Origin: an uncultured Verrucomicrobiae bacterium | GTDB lineage: Bacteria; Verrucomicrobiota; Verrucomicrobiia; Chthoniobacterales; JAFAMB01 | Reading direction: 5' to 3' | Assembly: GCA_963762565.1 (NCBI GenBank) | Contig: CAVXLD010000003.1 | Location: 608,001 to 672,000, forward strand | DNA: 64,000 nt | In this document: positions 39,948-48,233 of the stretch, in pieces | How positions within the stretch are numbered: the stretch's first letter is position 1 | Layout of the letters: every line of letters begins with the position of its first letter | Made by a program: the position numbers and the translations under genes | The notes under the pieces: model-generated | Seen by the model: the letters and a program-made list of their open reading frames with translations, nothing else | Databases searched by the model: none | Told to the model about the DNA's origin: nothing

Positions 39948-41468
39948 ATGTCTATGATGACGACGCTAAAAAATATCGCGCTTTGGTTCGAAAGCAGGTT
40001 GCATCTAGTCAAACTCTACGAGCAGACCGCCGGGCACCCAGTTCCCAAGAGCACAGGAAGCTGGTTTTATACTTTCGGCAGCATGACGCTGACCTGTTTT
40101 GTCATCCAGATTGTGACCGGCATCTTTCTGGCGATGGCCTACGTCCCGTCTGCCGCCGAGGCCTACCGTACCCTGGAACTGCTTAACTATACTTACCCGT
40201 TGGGCTGGGTTATGCGAGGCATGCATTACTGGGGCTCGACCATGATGGTCATCGTCATGATGTGCCACATGACTCAAGTATTCCTATGGGGCGCTTATAA
40301 GTATCCGCGTGAACTCACTTGGATAACCGGCTGTGTGCTGTTGGTTTTGACACTCGGCTTAGCGTTTAGCGGCCAAGTCATGCGGTTCGATGCCGACGCT
40401 TATTGGGGTGTCGGGATCGGCGCTGCGGTTGCCGGGCGCATCCCTTTTATTGGAGATCAGGTGGTCCACCTTTTGTTAGGTGGACCGATTCTCGGGACTG
40501 ACGTTTTGTCCCGTTTCTTTTCTCTGCACGTTTTCATCCTGCCCGGTTCGCTGTTGGCGTTAGTCACTATGCATCTACGCCTGGTTCTCGGGAAAGGAAT
40601 CAATGAGCAGCCTAAGCCGGGAGTGCTGGTAAAACGGGGGACATACGACCAGTATTATCACGGCATACTTAAGCGCGAAGGGATACCGTTCGCAGCCATC
40701 CTTAATAAGGATGTGGTCGCTAACGGGATTCTTCTTCTGGTGATCGTCGGACTCACCCTTTTTGTCGGACCAAAGGGTCCCGGCATTCCAGCGGATCCAT
40801 CATTGGTTATTCCGGATGCGAAGCCGGATTATCCTTTTCTGTGGTTATTTGGTGCTGCGGCCTTATTGCCGAACGGCTCGGAGATTTTTCTTTTCTTCAT
40901 CTTTCCTACCGTCGCGGCGCTTCTGTTATTCGGGCTTCCTTTCATCTCGAATGAAGGGGAAAAGCATTGGCGCCGGCGGCCAGTCGCTGTCGCCACTGTG
41001 ATTCTGACTTTCCTGGGTGTCGGTATGTTGACCTACGAAGGGATGACCGGACCATGGTCACCACACATGGATGCCTGGAGCGGGTTGCCGATAAAGGCGG
41101 AGTACGTGAAGGGTCGCTCGCCGTTAGAACTTCAGGGGGCAGTCGTGTTTCAAGATAAGCAATGCCGGAACTGCCACGCTATCGCCGGCGAAGGAGGGCA
41201 TCGCGGCCCGGATCTGACTCGGGTAGCAACGCGTCTGACCAATCCGCAATTGGTCCGGCAAGTGATCCAAGGCGGGGGTAACATGCCGGCTTTCGGCAGG
41301 AATTTGTCTCCGGAGCAGACACGGGCATTGGTTGCCTATCTCTGTTCGTTGCATCCGCCAAATGTGCCGCCAGCGCGAGAAGCGGTTGGGGTGCTGAAGC
41401 CCATCGGTGAAGCGCAGCCTACGCCAAGTGTCACGCCGGCGGGGGTTGCGGTGAGCAGTGAGAAGTGA
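39948..41468 (+). CDS. Cytochrome b with fused C-terminal cytochrome c
   Basis: heme b His pairs in RGMHYW...CHM and SLHVF...MHL; PRELTW; C-terminal CRNCH...GGNMP. Confidence 0.92.
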   Translation: MSMMTTLKNIALWFESRLHLVKLYEQTAGHPVPKSTGSWFYTFGSMTLTCFVIQIVTGIFLAMAYVPSAAEAYRTLELLNYTYPLGWVMRGMHYWGSTMMVIVMMCHMTQVFLWGAYKYPRELTWITGCVLLVLTLGLAFSGQVMRFDADAYWGVGIGAAVAGRIPFIGDQVVHLLLGGPILGTDVLSRFFSLHVFILPGSLLALVTMHLRLVLGKGINEQPKPGVLVKRGTYDQYYHGILKREGIPFAAILNKDVVANGILLLVIVGLTLFVGPKGPGIPADPSLVIPDAKPDYPFLWLFGAAALLPNGSEIFLFFIFPTVAALLLFGLPFISNEGEKHWRRRPVAVATVILTFLGVGMLTYEGMTGPWSPHMDAWSGLPIKAEYVKGRSPLELQGAVVFQDKQCRNCHAIAGEGGHRGPDLTRVATRLTNPQLVRQVIQGGGNMPAFGRNLSPEQTRALVAYLCSLHPPNVPPAREAVGVLKPIGEAQPTPSVTPAGVAVSSEK

Positions 41469-41692
41469 GAGGTGAGAAGTGAGAGGTCGGCCGGTGATCG
41501 GAAACTGCGCGTCGAAGTAGTGCGCACTGAGTGTGACGCGGATGGGACCTATAGGACAAATGTGACTTATAGGTCCCATTCGTCCCATAAGTCCTATCCG
41601 CGTCATGCCCAGCATGGTGAGTTGGTCGATGGGTTATCCGTCGGCCCGAACCGCACTTCTCACTTCTCACTAATCACCTCTCACTAATCACT
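41451..41692. repeat. GTGAGAA heptamer arms enclosing a palindrome of 9-mer arrays (41534-41605)
   Basis: gtgagaagtgagag ... cttctcacttctcac; inner tgacgcggat-gggacctat-aggacaaat / tcgtcccat-aagtcctat-ccgcgtca. Confidence 0.88.
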
Positions 41693-41699
41693 TAAGAAT

Positions 41700-44021
41700 A
41701 TGGAGGATGTCGCCGATGCTGTCTTTGGATCCTGGTCGATCCAATTCTGGCCGACGATTGGACTGATATTCCTCGCGCTGATTTATTTTCGTGGCTGGCT
41801 AAAGCTGCGGAAACAGGTTCCTCACCGGTTCGACGGATGGCGCCTCGCGTCGTTTCTCGGAGGCGTTGGCACTGTCTTTCTGGCACTGGATTCGCCACTG
41901 GATACCTTCTCGAATCTTCTGCTCCAGGTGCACATGATCCAGCACCTCCTGCTGATGATGATCGCACCGCCACTTTTTTTGCTGGCGAACCCGTTTTTGC
42001 CGCTATTAATCGGGCTTCCGCGTCCGGTTGTTCGCGAGTGGATTCGTCCGTTTCTGCTCTGGACGGCATGCAAGAAGTTGGGGCGATGGTTAACCCACCC
42101 GAAGGTCACATGGATCCTCTTTGTGGTGATGACTTTGGGCTGGCATGCTCCTCCGCTGTATGAGCTGACTTTACGCTCACCAACCTGGCACATGGTTGAG
42201 CACGCCTGTTTCCTGGGATCGGGTGTCCTCTTTTGGTGGCCTGTGGTTCTGCCTTGGCCCAGCCGTCCGCAATGGCCGGAATGGGCCGTCATCCCGTACC
42301 TTCTACTTGCCGACGTTGCAAACACTGTTTTGTCAGCTTTCTTGACTCTTTCCGATCGGGTCCTCTATCCGACTTACAGCCTCGTTCCTCAGTTCCCGGG
42401 CATGAACCCACTAAGCGATCAGCATGCCGCTGGCGCGATCATGTGGGTGCCGGGCTCCATCATTTATCTCATCCCTGCCGGCATCCTGGCGATGCGATTT
42501 CTTTCTCCAAGGCGCCAGATCCCCAGGCGGCTAACTCCGGTCGGAAATCTGGCGCTAACGTCCAGCGGACGCGGGACGAAGCCGATCCTTGGTGCAAGCA
42601 GAGCGGCGTCATCTAAGACCAAAGGAGTTGATCTCCTCGCATTGCGTTGGGTAGGGCGATTGATCCGGTCGCTCGCATTTCGACGGGTTCTTCAGTGCGT
42701 TCTTTTTGGCTTAGCCATATTCATTGTGGTCGACGGACTCTTTGGGCCGCAGATCGGTCCAATGAATCTGGCCGGGACATTACCCTGGACGCATTGGCGA
42801 GGCCTTAGCGTCTTAGCTCTGCTCGTGATCGGGAACTTCTTTTGTTTTGCTTGTCCATTCACCTTTGCTCGCGATCTTGCCCGGCGCATCCTGCCGGGGA
42901 ACCGGCAATGGCCAAGATGGCTACGCACGAAGTGGATCTCGGTTGCATTGCTCGGCATTTACCTCTGGTCTTACGAAGCCTTTAGCTTGTGGAATAGTCC
43001 ATGGCTCACGGCTTGGGTCATCATCGGATATTTTGTGGCGGCCATCGTTGTGGATGGATTTTTCCGCGGCGCCAGTTTCTGCAAATACGTCTGTCCGATT
43101 GGCCAATTTCACTTTGTGCAGTCGCTGGTTTCACCGTTCGAAGTGAAGACGCGCGATGTGGATGTCTGTCGCAGCTGTAAGTCGTTTGATTGCATTAAAG
43201 GAAATGAGCAACAACGCGGCTGCGAATTACGGCTGTTTCAACCAAAGAAAGAAAGCAATTTAGATTGTACCTTCTGCCTGGATTGCGTGCGCGCATGTCC
43301 GCATGACAATATCGGGATCATCGCAGTAACACCAGGCCGTACGTTAGTCCGGGACCAGTTTCGTTCATCAATTGGCCGGTTTGCTCAAAGAACCGATTTG
43401 GCGGTTCTGGTACTGGTTCTCGTTTTTGGCGCGTTCCTCAACGCTGCTTCGATGACTTTACCGGTCGAAAACGCCCTGAGCTTTTCTCGTCTGACGCTCG
43501 ATCTGATTCCGCGCCCGGTTATTCTTTTCATCTTCTTCGCCCTGGCGCTCGGATTATTGCCGTTGGTCGCTGTCACCGGTTGCGCATTCGTCAGCCGGCG
43601 GTTCGGCGCTATCACTACATCTTGGCGGGCAATCACATGCCGGTTTGCCATGACCTTCGCGCCGCTGGGTTGCGCCATGTGGTTAGCCCATTTTGGGTTT
43701 CATCTTTTCACTGCTCTACTGACGCCGATTCCAGTCATTCGACGGGTTTTTCTAGACCTTCATATCGCTACAACCGGCTCGCCGTGGTGGAGTCTGCGCA
43801 TGCCCGCGATCCCGCAGTTGCTGGATTTTCAATGCCTGGCATTGGATCTCGGGCTACTGGCTAGTTTGTATTTTGCCTGGAAAGTTTCGCGCGCCTTAGT
43901 GGCAGCGAACCGAAAAGCGCTGGGTGCTTTTTTGCCCTGGGGCGTTCTACTTACTTCGCTTTATCTCTGCGGGATTTGGATCGTCTTTCAGCCGATGGAA
44001 ATGCGGGGAATGCTGCATTGA
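41700..44021 (+). CDS. Caa3-type CtaG copper assembly domain fused to a membrane 4Fe-4S (CcoG/NapH-like) domain
   Basis: VHMIQHLLL and HMVEH in the N-half; CFACP, CKYVCP, CRSC...C, CTFCLDCVRACP in the C-half. Confidence 0.8.
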   Translation: MEDVADAVFGSWSIQFWPTIGLIFLALIYFRGWLKLRKQVPHRFDGWRLASFLGGVGTVFLALDSPLDTFSNLLLQVHMIQHLLLMMIAPPLFLLANPFLPLLIGLPRPVVREWIRPFLLWTACKKLGRWLTHPKVTWILFVVMTLGWHAPPLYELTLRSPTWHMVEHACFLGSGVLFWWPVVLPWPSRPQWPEWAVIPYLLLADVANTVLSAFLTLSDRVLYPTYSLVPQFPGMNPLSDQHAAGAIMWVPGSIIYLIPAGILAMRFLSPRRQIPRRLTPVGNLALTSSGRGTKPILGASRAASSKTKGVDLLALRWVGRLIRSLAFRRVLQCVLFGLAIFIVVDGLFGPQIGPMNLAGTLPWTHWRGLSVLALLVIGNFFCFACPFTFARDLARRILPGNRQWPRWLRTKWISVALLGIYLWSYEAFSLWNSPWLTAWVIIGYFVAAIVVDGFFRGASFCKYVCPIGQFHFVQSLVSPFEVKTRDVDVCRSCKSFDCIKGNEQQRGCELRLFQPKKESNLDCTFCLDCVRACPHDNIGIIAVTPGRTLVRDQFRSSIGRFAQRTDLAVLVLVLVFGAFLNAASMTLPVENALSFSRLTLDLIPRPVILFIFFALALGLLPLVAVTGCAFVSRRFGAITTSWRAITCRFAMTFAPLGCAMWLAHFGFHLFTALLTPIPVIRRVFLDLHIATTGSPWWSLRMPAIPQLLDFQCLALDLGLLASLYFAWKVSRALVAANRKALGAFLPWGVLLTSLYLCGIWIVFQPMEMRGMLH

Positions 44022-44171
44022 ATGACAAATGGCAAATGACGGATGACAAATTCGTTCGGCTCTGCCGAAACAGATTGCTCTTCGAAATGGACTCCCAAGA
44101 CACGGAACGCGGTGCTTCGTGCGGACCGCTGAATTGGTCATCTGTCATCTGTCATTTGTCATTTGTCATTC
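44020..44171. repeat. Inverted TGACAAA heptamer arrays
   Basis: gaatgacaaatggcaaatgacggatgacaaa ... tcatctgtcatctgtcatttgtcatttgtcattc. Confidence 0.9.
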
Positions 44172-44716
44172 TTTTGATCTCGCTGTGTTTGGCGGGTAAT
44201 GCGTTCGGGGATGGGGGCTCGGTGCAGCTGCATTCGGTGAGCGGTCCGTTCGAGATCACGCTTTTTACTGAACCGCCTTTGCCAAGAGCGGGTCAGATCG
44301 ATTTTAGTGTTTTGATCCAAGACGCGAAGAGCGGGCAGCCAGTGATGGATGCGACGGTGATGTTAGCGCTTACGCCGGCGCGGGTTCATCAAAATTCGCA
44401 ACCGGCCTGGTATCCGCCCAGTTGCGTGGTCAGTCAGCCGGCGAATTTAGCAGCCGTGCCGCTTCTCCATTCCGGAGCATCGAATCGTCTGCTTTACGGT
44501 GCACTCGTAGAAATACCGGCTGCCGGAGTTTGGCAGGCGCGAGCTTCGGTTCAACGGGGTGATGAACATGCGAGCGTTGAGGGAAACGTGGATGTGGCCG
44601 ATCCCTTCCCGCCAGTCGCTAATTATTGGCCCTTGTTTCTTTTTCCGGTTGTGGCCATCGGACTTTATGTTTTGCGTGGGCACATACTTGGTGGGGCGAG
44701 GCTCCCGAATGGCTGA
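44036..44716 (+). CDS. Exported, membrane-anchored hypothetical protein (possibly FixH/YtkA-like beta fold)
   Basis: signal-like ...LCLAGNAFG|DGG, beta-rich core, C-terminal TM; start uncertain (44036 or 44087, both inside a repeat). Confidence 0.6.
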   Translation: MTDDKFVRLCRNRLLFEMDSQDTERGASCGPLNWSSVICHLSFVILLISLCLAGNAFGDGGSVQLHSVSGPFEITLFTEPPLPRAGQIDFSVLIQDAKSGQPVMDATVMLALTPARVHQNSQPAWYPPSCVVSQPANLAAVPLLHSGASNRLLYGALVEIPAAGVWQARASVQRGDEHASVEGNVDVADPFPPVANYWPLFLFPVVAIGLYVLRGHILGGARLPNG

Positions 44717-44923
44717 GAAAATCGACAGGGCAAATCGGCTTCGTATAGATACCGTGAACAGCACCGATTCGCTGCCGAGCCGATCCCAGCGCCTGGCATC
44801 GCGAAGAAGGTGGCAAACCCTGGGCTCGGCTCGGCAGGTAAGTCGGTGCTGCTTACGATGTCTTCAGGAAGCCGATTTGCCTTGTTCGATTTTATCGGCC
44901 ATTCCGGAGCCTCGCCCCACCAA
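44688..44923. repeat. Family B element, almost fully self-complementary
   Basis: GGCTC[72]GAGCC ... GGCTC[74]GAGCC; arms pair over most of their length. Confidence 0.92.
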
Positions 44924-45018
44924 ATCAGGCAGCCGCCGTTGACGTCGTTGGGCAGGTTCCATACTGTGCCGCGTGTTTAATTGACCTGCGCCTTGAGCGC
45001 TGATGTGTCTTAAAGCTT

Positions 45019-46329
45019 GTGAAAGTATTTCGTTTTATTTTTATCGCACTTGTCGGCGTCGTTTTGATTCTGGGGGCGGCCTGGTTTGGAGGATCTTTCT
45101 TTCTCGGCAGCAATATCTTCCGGCACTGGATCAATGGCAGTGTCAATCGAGCTCTCCAAACCGGCGGGACCTTGGCTCCGATCAGCGCTACCGGGGGCGC
45201 TCTTTATTCGGCCAATTATTCGGGCAAGGGTAAATCAAAAACCCATGTCGCTTCTGTCCAAGCAAAAGATCTTTCCGCTCGACCAAATTGGCCGAGGCTT
45301 CTTTCGGGTGTCTGCGATTTCAACGATGTCCTGATTAAAAACATTGATCTGGTAATTGGAACTCCGGCCCCTGATACGCCGAATAGCAAAACGCCGGAGC
45401 ACCATTCGTTCGGCATTAAGTTGCCCAGCTTTCTCCGGCCGAAATTCGACGTGCATCGAGTGTCGGTAAATCAAATCAACCTGCGTTGGTCCGCGGGCGA
45501 CAAACCAGCCGAAATCACAGGCATGCAGGCTGCGGCGGTCCATCAGGGAGATAAACAATGGGATTTCTCCGCTAACGGAGGGACGCTGAATTCCAGCGGC
45601 TGGCCTGCTTTCCAAGTCGATCAGGCAGCGGGTTCCTATCAGTCAGCGGCAATCACCCTGACACAAGCAAAACTAGTCGTTCCGACCGGCGGCTCAATCG
45701 CGGTGAATGGATCGGTCGATTTACAGGGAAGGCGCCCATACAAGTTCCACGGCGATCTGGCCGGACTTTCGATGAGCGACTTTCCGCCAACGAAGTGGCA
45801 TCTCCAAGGACTCGCTTCAGGGAGCCTGGATTTCACTGGGGACCTGGCAGATTCAGACTCCGGTCGAATTGTGGGGGCCGTACATCTAGACAAAGCCAAG
45901 TTGGATTGGTCGCTCTTATTCGGAAAAGTGCGCAGCTTGGTAAAGCAGATAGGACTGAACGATTGGCAGCTCGACAGCGTTGATGTGCAGATCAACGGCC
46001 ATGGTCAACATTTAGAATTTTCGAATTTATCGGTGAAATACCAAGATCTCTTAAGGGTTGAAGGAGGTGGTACAATCGACGGAGACCAGATCAAAGCCAA
46101 TCTGACGATTGGCCTATCATCTAGTCTTCTGGGTTGGTTACCTGGGGTTCAGCAGAAAGTTTTTACCGAGCAGCGAGACGGCCTGTGTTGGGCTCAAATG
46201 CAGGTCGCCGGTCCTTTGAATGATCCGAAAGAGGATCTTTCCAAGCGGATCTCTGATGCACTCTCTCAAGGGATGTCTAATCAGCTAAAGAGCCAGGCCA
46301 AAAGCTTGCTGGATCTGCTCGGGCGCTAA
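45019..46329 (+). CDS. AsmA-like (repeating beta-groove) envelope protein
   Basis: N-terminal TM anchor, beta-rich body, C-terminal VAGPLNDPK plus amphipathic helix. Confidence 0.6.
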   Translation: MKVFRFIFIALVGVVLILGAAWFGGSFFLGSNIFRHWINGSVNRALQTGGTLAPISATGGALYSANYSGKGKSKTHVASVQAKDLSARPNWPRLLSGVCDFNDVLIKNIDLVIGTPAPDTPNSKTPEHHSFGIKLPSFLRPKFDVHRVSVNQINLRWSAGDKPAEITGMQAAAVHQGDKQWDFSANGGTLNSSGWPAFQVDQAAGSYQSAAITLTQAKLVVPTGGSIAVNGSVDLQGRRPYKFHGDLAGLSMSDFPPTKWHLQGLASGSLDFTGDLADSDSGRIVGAVHLDKAKLDWSLLFGKVRSLVKQIGLNDWQLDSVDVQINGHGQHLEFSNLSVKYQDLLRVEGGGTIDGDQIKANLTIGLSSSLLGWLPGVQQKVFTEQRDGLCWAQMQVAGPLNDPKEDLSKRISDALSQGMSNQLKSQAKSLLDLLGR

Positions 46330-46333
46330 AAGC

Positions 46334-46825
46334 ATGGGTACTACTACGCCGATCTACCGGCCCAACGTCGCTGCGATCATACGGCGTTCCGACCATAAGA
46401 TCCTGGTAGGAGAGCGGTCGGACCGGCCCGGATCGTGGCAATTCCCGCAAGGCGGCATCAAGCCGCGAGAGACTCCTGAACAAGCGCTCGAACGAGAGCT
46501 ACTCGAGGAAGTAGGCCTTTCCGGTGGATCTTATCGTATCATCGAGCGCAAGGGACCTTACCGTTATCTGTTTGGCGAGGGCAGGACCAAGGAGGGGTTT
46601 CACGGCCAAGAACAGATTTATTTTCTAGTCGAACTATTGGCGGGTTATCGACCTAAACATGAAACCAGCGATCCCGAGTTTCGTGCACTCCGTTGGATCG
46701 TCCCATCGGAATTCAATATCCAATGGGTGCCTCCCTTTAAGCGCGAGGTTTACCGGCAGGTGCTTGGCGTTTTCTTTGGCGTTGAAACGCTGGCCGGCGA
46801 AGGGAGCGACGGAGTAGTGGAGTAA
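46334..46825 (+). CDS. rppH: NUDIX hydrolase, RppH-like
   Basis: YRPNVAA, WQFPQGG...ALERELLEEVGL, GQEQ. Confidence 0.75.
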   Translation: MGTTTPIYRPNVAAIIRRSDHKILVGERSDRPGSWQFPQGGIKPRETPEQALERELLEEVGLSGGSYRIIERKGPYRYLFGEGRTKEGFHGQEQIYFLVELLAGYRPKHETSDPEFRALRWIVPSEFNIQWVPPFKREVYRQVLGVFFGVETLAGEGSDGVVE

Positions 46826-46968
46826 TCGAGTGCTGGAGTAATGGAGTGCTGGAGTGCCGGAGTAATGCCTCTAGAATTGCCGCGGATCGAGTTGGGTTGC
46901 GGAGCCGATAGCCACGACGCCTCATTCCACCACTCCATTACTCCACTGCTCCGTTACTCCATCACTCT
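46803..46968. repeat. Inverted octamer arrays (GGAGTAAT/GGAGTGCT)n ... (ATTACTCC)n
   Basis: about 8 units at 46803-46867, about 5 reverse-complement units at 46923-46968. Confidence 0.88.
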
Positions 46969-47053
46969 GTTGGGCAGCCGTTGTGAGATTTTTTTGATGA
47001 GGTGACCACTTTCCTTTTGACTATGCGCTCTAATTCCGGCATCACCATGACGT

Positions 47054-47149
47054 ATGCTGACCTTGGGAATGTTCCTCTTTTTGGGCTCTGCTCTCTTGGG
47101 CTGTGTATGGTGGGTGTGCATCAAGGACGACCCCGATCGCACGCGGTGA
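47054..47149 (+). CDS. Putative 31-aa single-TM small protein
   Basis: MLTLGMFLFLGSALLGCVWWVCIKDDPDRTR*; below the ORF-track cutoff; no clear RBS. Confidence 0.4.
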   Translation: MLTLGMFLFLGSALLGCVWWVCIKDDPDRTR

Positions 47150-47420
47150 TCCGAACTAACTAACGACGCTTATCTGTTTATACTGGCTATACCAATCGCG
47201 AAAGGCGGTGTCCCCCCTCAAACAAAAAATTCTCTACCGCCAGCCTGTCGCAAAATTGCTCCGTAAGAGCCAGATCCTTATAGCTCCAGACGAAAAACTG
47301 GACGAGGGAACCGCCTATCCGTAACGCCGAAGCAGGGGGCCCAGAGCCGTCGCATGAGTCTTGGCCCTTTTGCCGATGGTACTTGCTAATTAGTCGGCTT
47401 TCGGAGAACATCGTGTTGCA

Positions 47421-47969
47421 ATGAAATCCATCGGCTGGTCCCGGTTCAGTTGGGACCCGAAAGATCTGCCTGAGACCAGCCGGTACATCATAACTGAGAC
47501 CTACAGCCTCCGGACGGCGAGCCGGCAGGAGAAGTCACTCATTCACCAGGTCATTAAGAGCTGCTTCGCTCAGGAAGCCTGTTGGAACGTTGTGGCCTCA
47601 AAGCTAATGCCGCGGCTGCAACAGGAAGTAGAGGACAAATTCGCTCACCATCGCGAAGGCGATTGTTTGGTGATTACGCACGGGAATCGAGTCATTGCTG
47701 CCTCGATCGTTGATACCAGTGCCGGTAGCGATAATCACTTGATAACCGGCCCCTGTATCACTGTGGAATACCGGAGCCGCGGCTTTGGTGCGCTGCTGCT
47801 GAAGGAATCATTATTGCTAGCAGCACAGGGTGGCGCCGAAGTTCTATTCGGCCTTACCCGTGCGAATAGTCCGGCTGCAAGATTTGTGTATCCGAAGTTC
47901 GGTGGGGTGGCCGTTCCATACGAGTTCGACCTTGGCCAATCCAGCCTCAGTCACTGGACCGTTGGTTGA
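47421..47969 (+). CDS. GNAT-like acetyltransferase
   Basis: EYRSRGFGALLL acetyl-CoA motif; ARFVYPKFG. Confidence 0.7.
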   Translation: MKSIGWSRFSWDPKDLPETSRYIITETYSLRTASRQEKSLIHQVIKSCFAQEACWNVVASKLMPRLQQEVEDKFAHHREGDCLVITHGNRVIAASIVDTSAGSDNHLITGPCITVEYRSRGFGALLLKESLLLAAQGGAEVLFGLTRANSPAARFVYPKFGGVAVPYEFDLGQSSLSHWTVG

Positions 47970-47973
47970 AGCG

Positions 47974-48183
47974 TGGTAGGGCGAGGCTCCGGAATAGCCA
48001 AACCGGAATCGCAGGGCAAAATGACGATTCGCTGGTATATCGAACGCACCGTCTAGGAGCTGCCGAGCCGTGCGTCGCGCAACCCACGGCTCGGCAGTTT
48101 TCATGTGTTGCATCTCATATAGCAGCGGAGTTCGCCTTTCCCTTGCGATTCCTGTTTGGCTATTCCGGAGCCTCGCCCTACCA
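47974..48183. repeat. Family B element (GTAG variant)
   Basis: tggtagggcgaggctccggaatagccaaac ... gtttggctattccggagcctcgccctacca; loops 75 and 75 nt. Confidence 0.9.
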
Positions 48184-48233
48184 ACCCCACTTGCAACCCG
48201 CTCCGATCTGCCGATCGTGGATACGTTACCTCT

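Noticed and set aside
47203..47380. Known riboswitch, SRP, 6S or RNase P RNA
   Set aside because: Could not find the conserved cores of TPP, SAM, cobalamin, c-di-GMP, c-di-AMP, ykkC, SRP or RNase P RNAs by eye; kept only as an unassigned candidate
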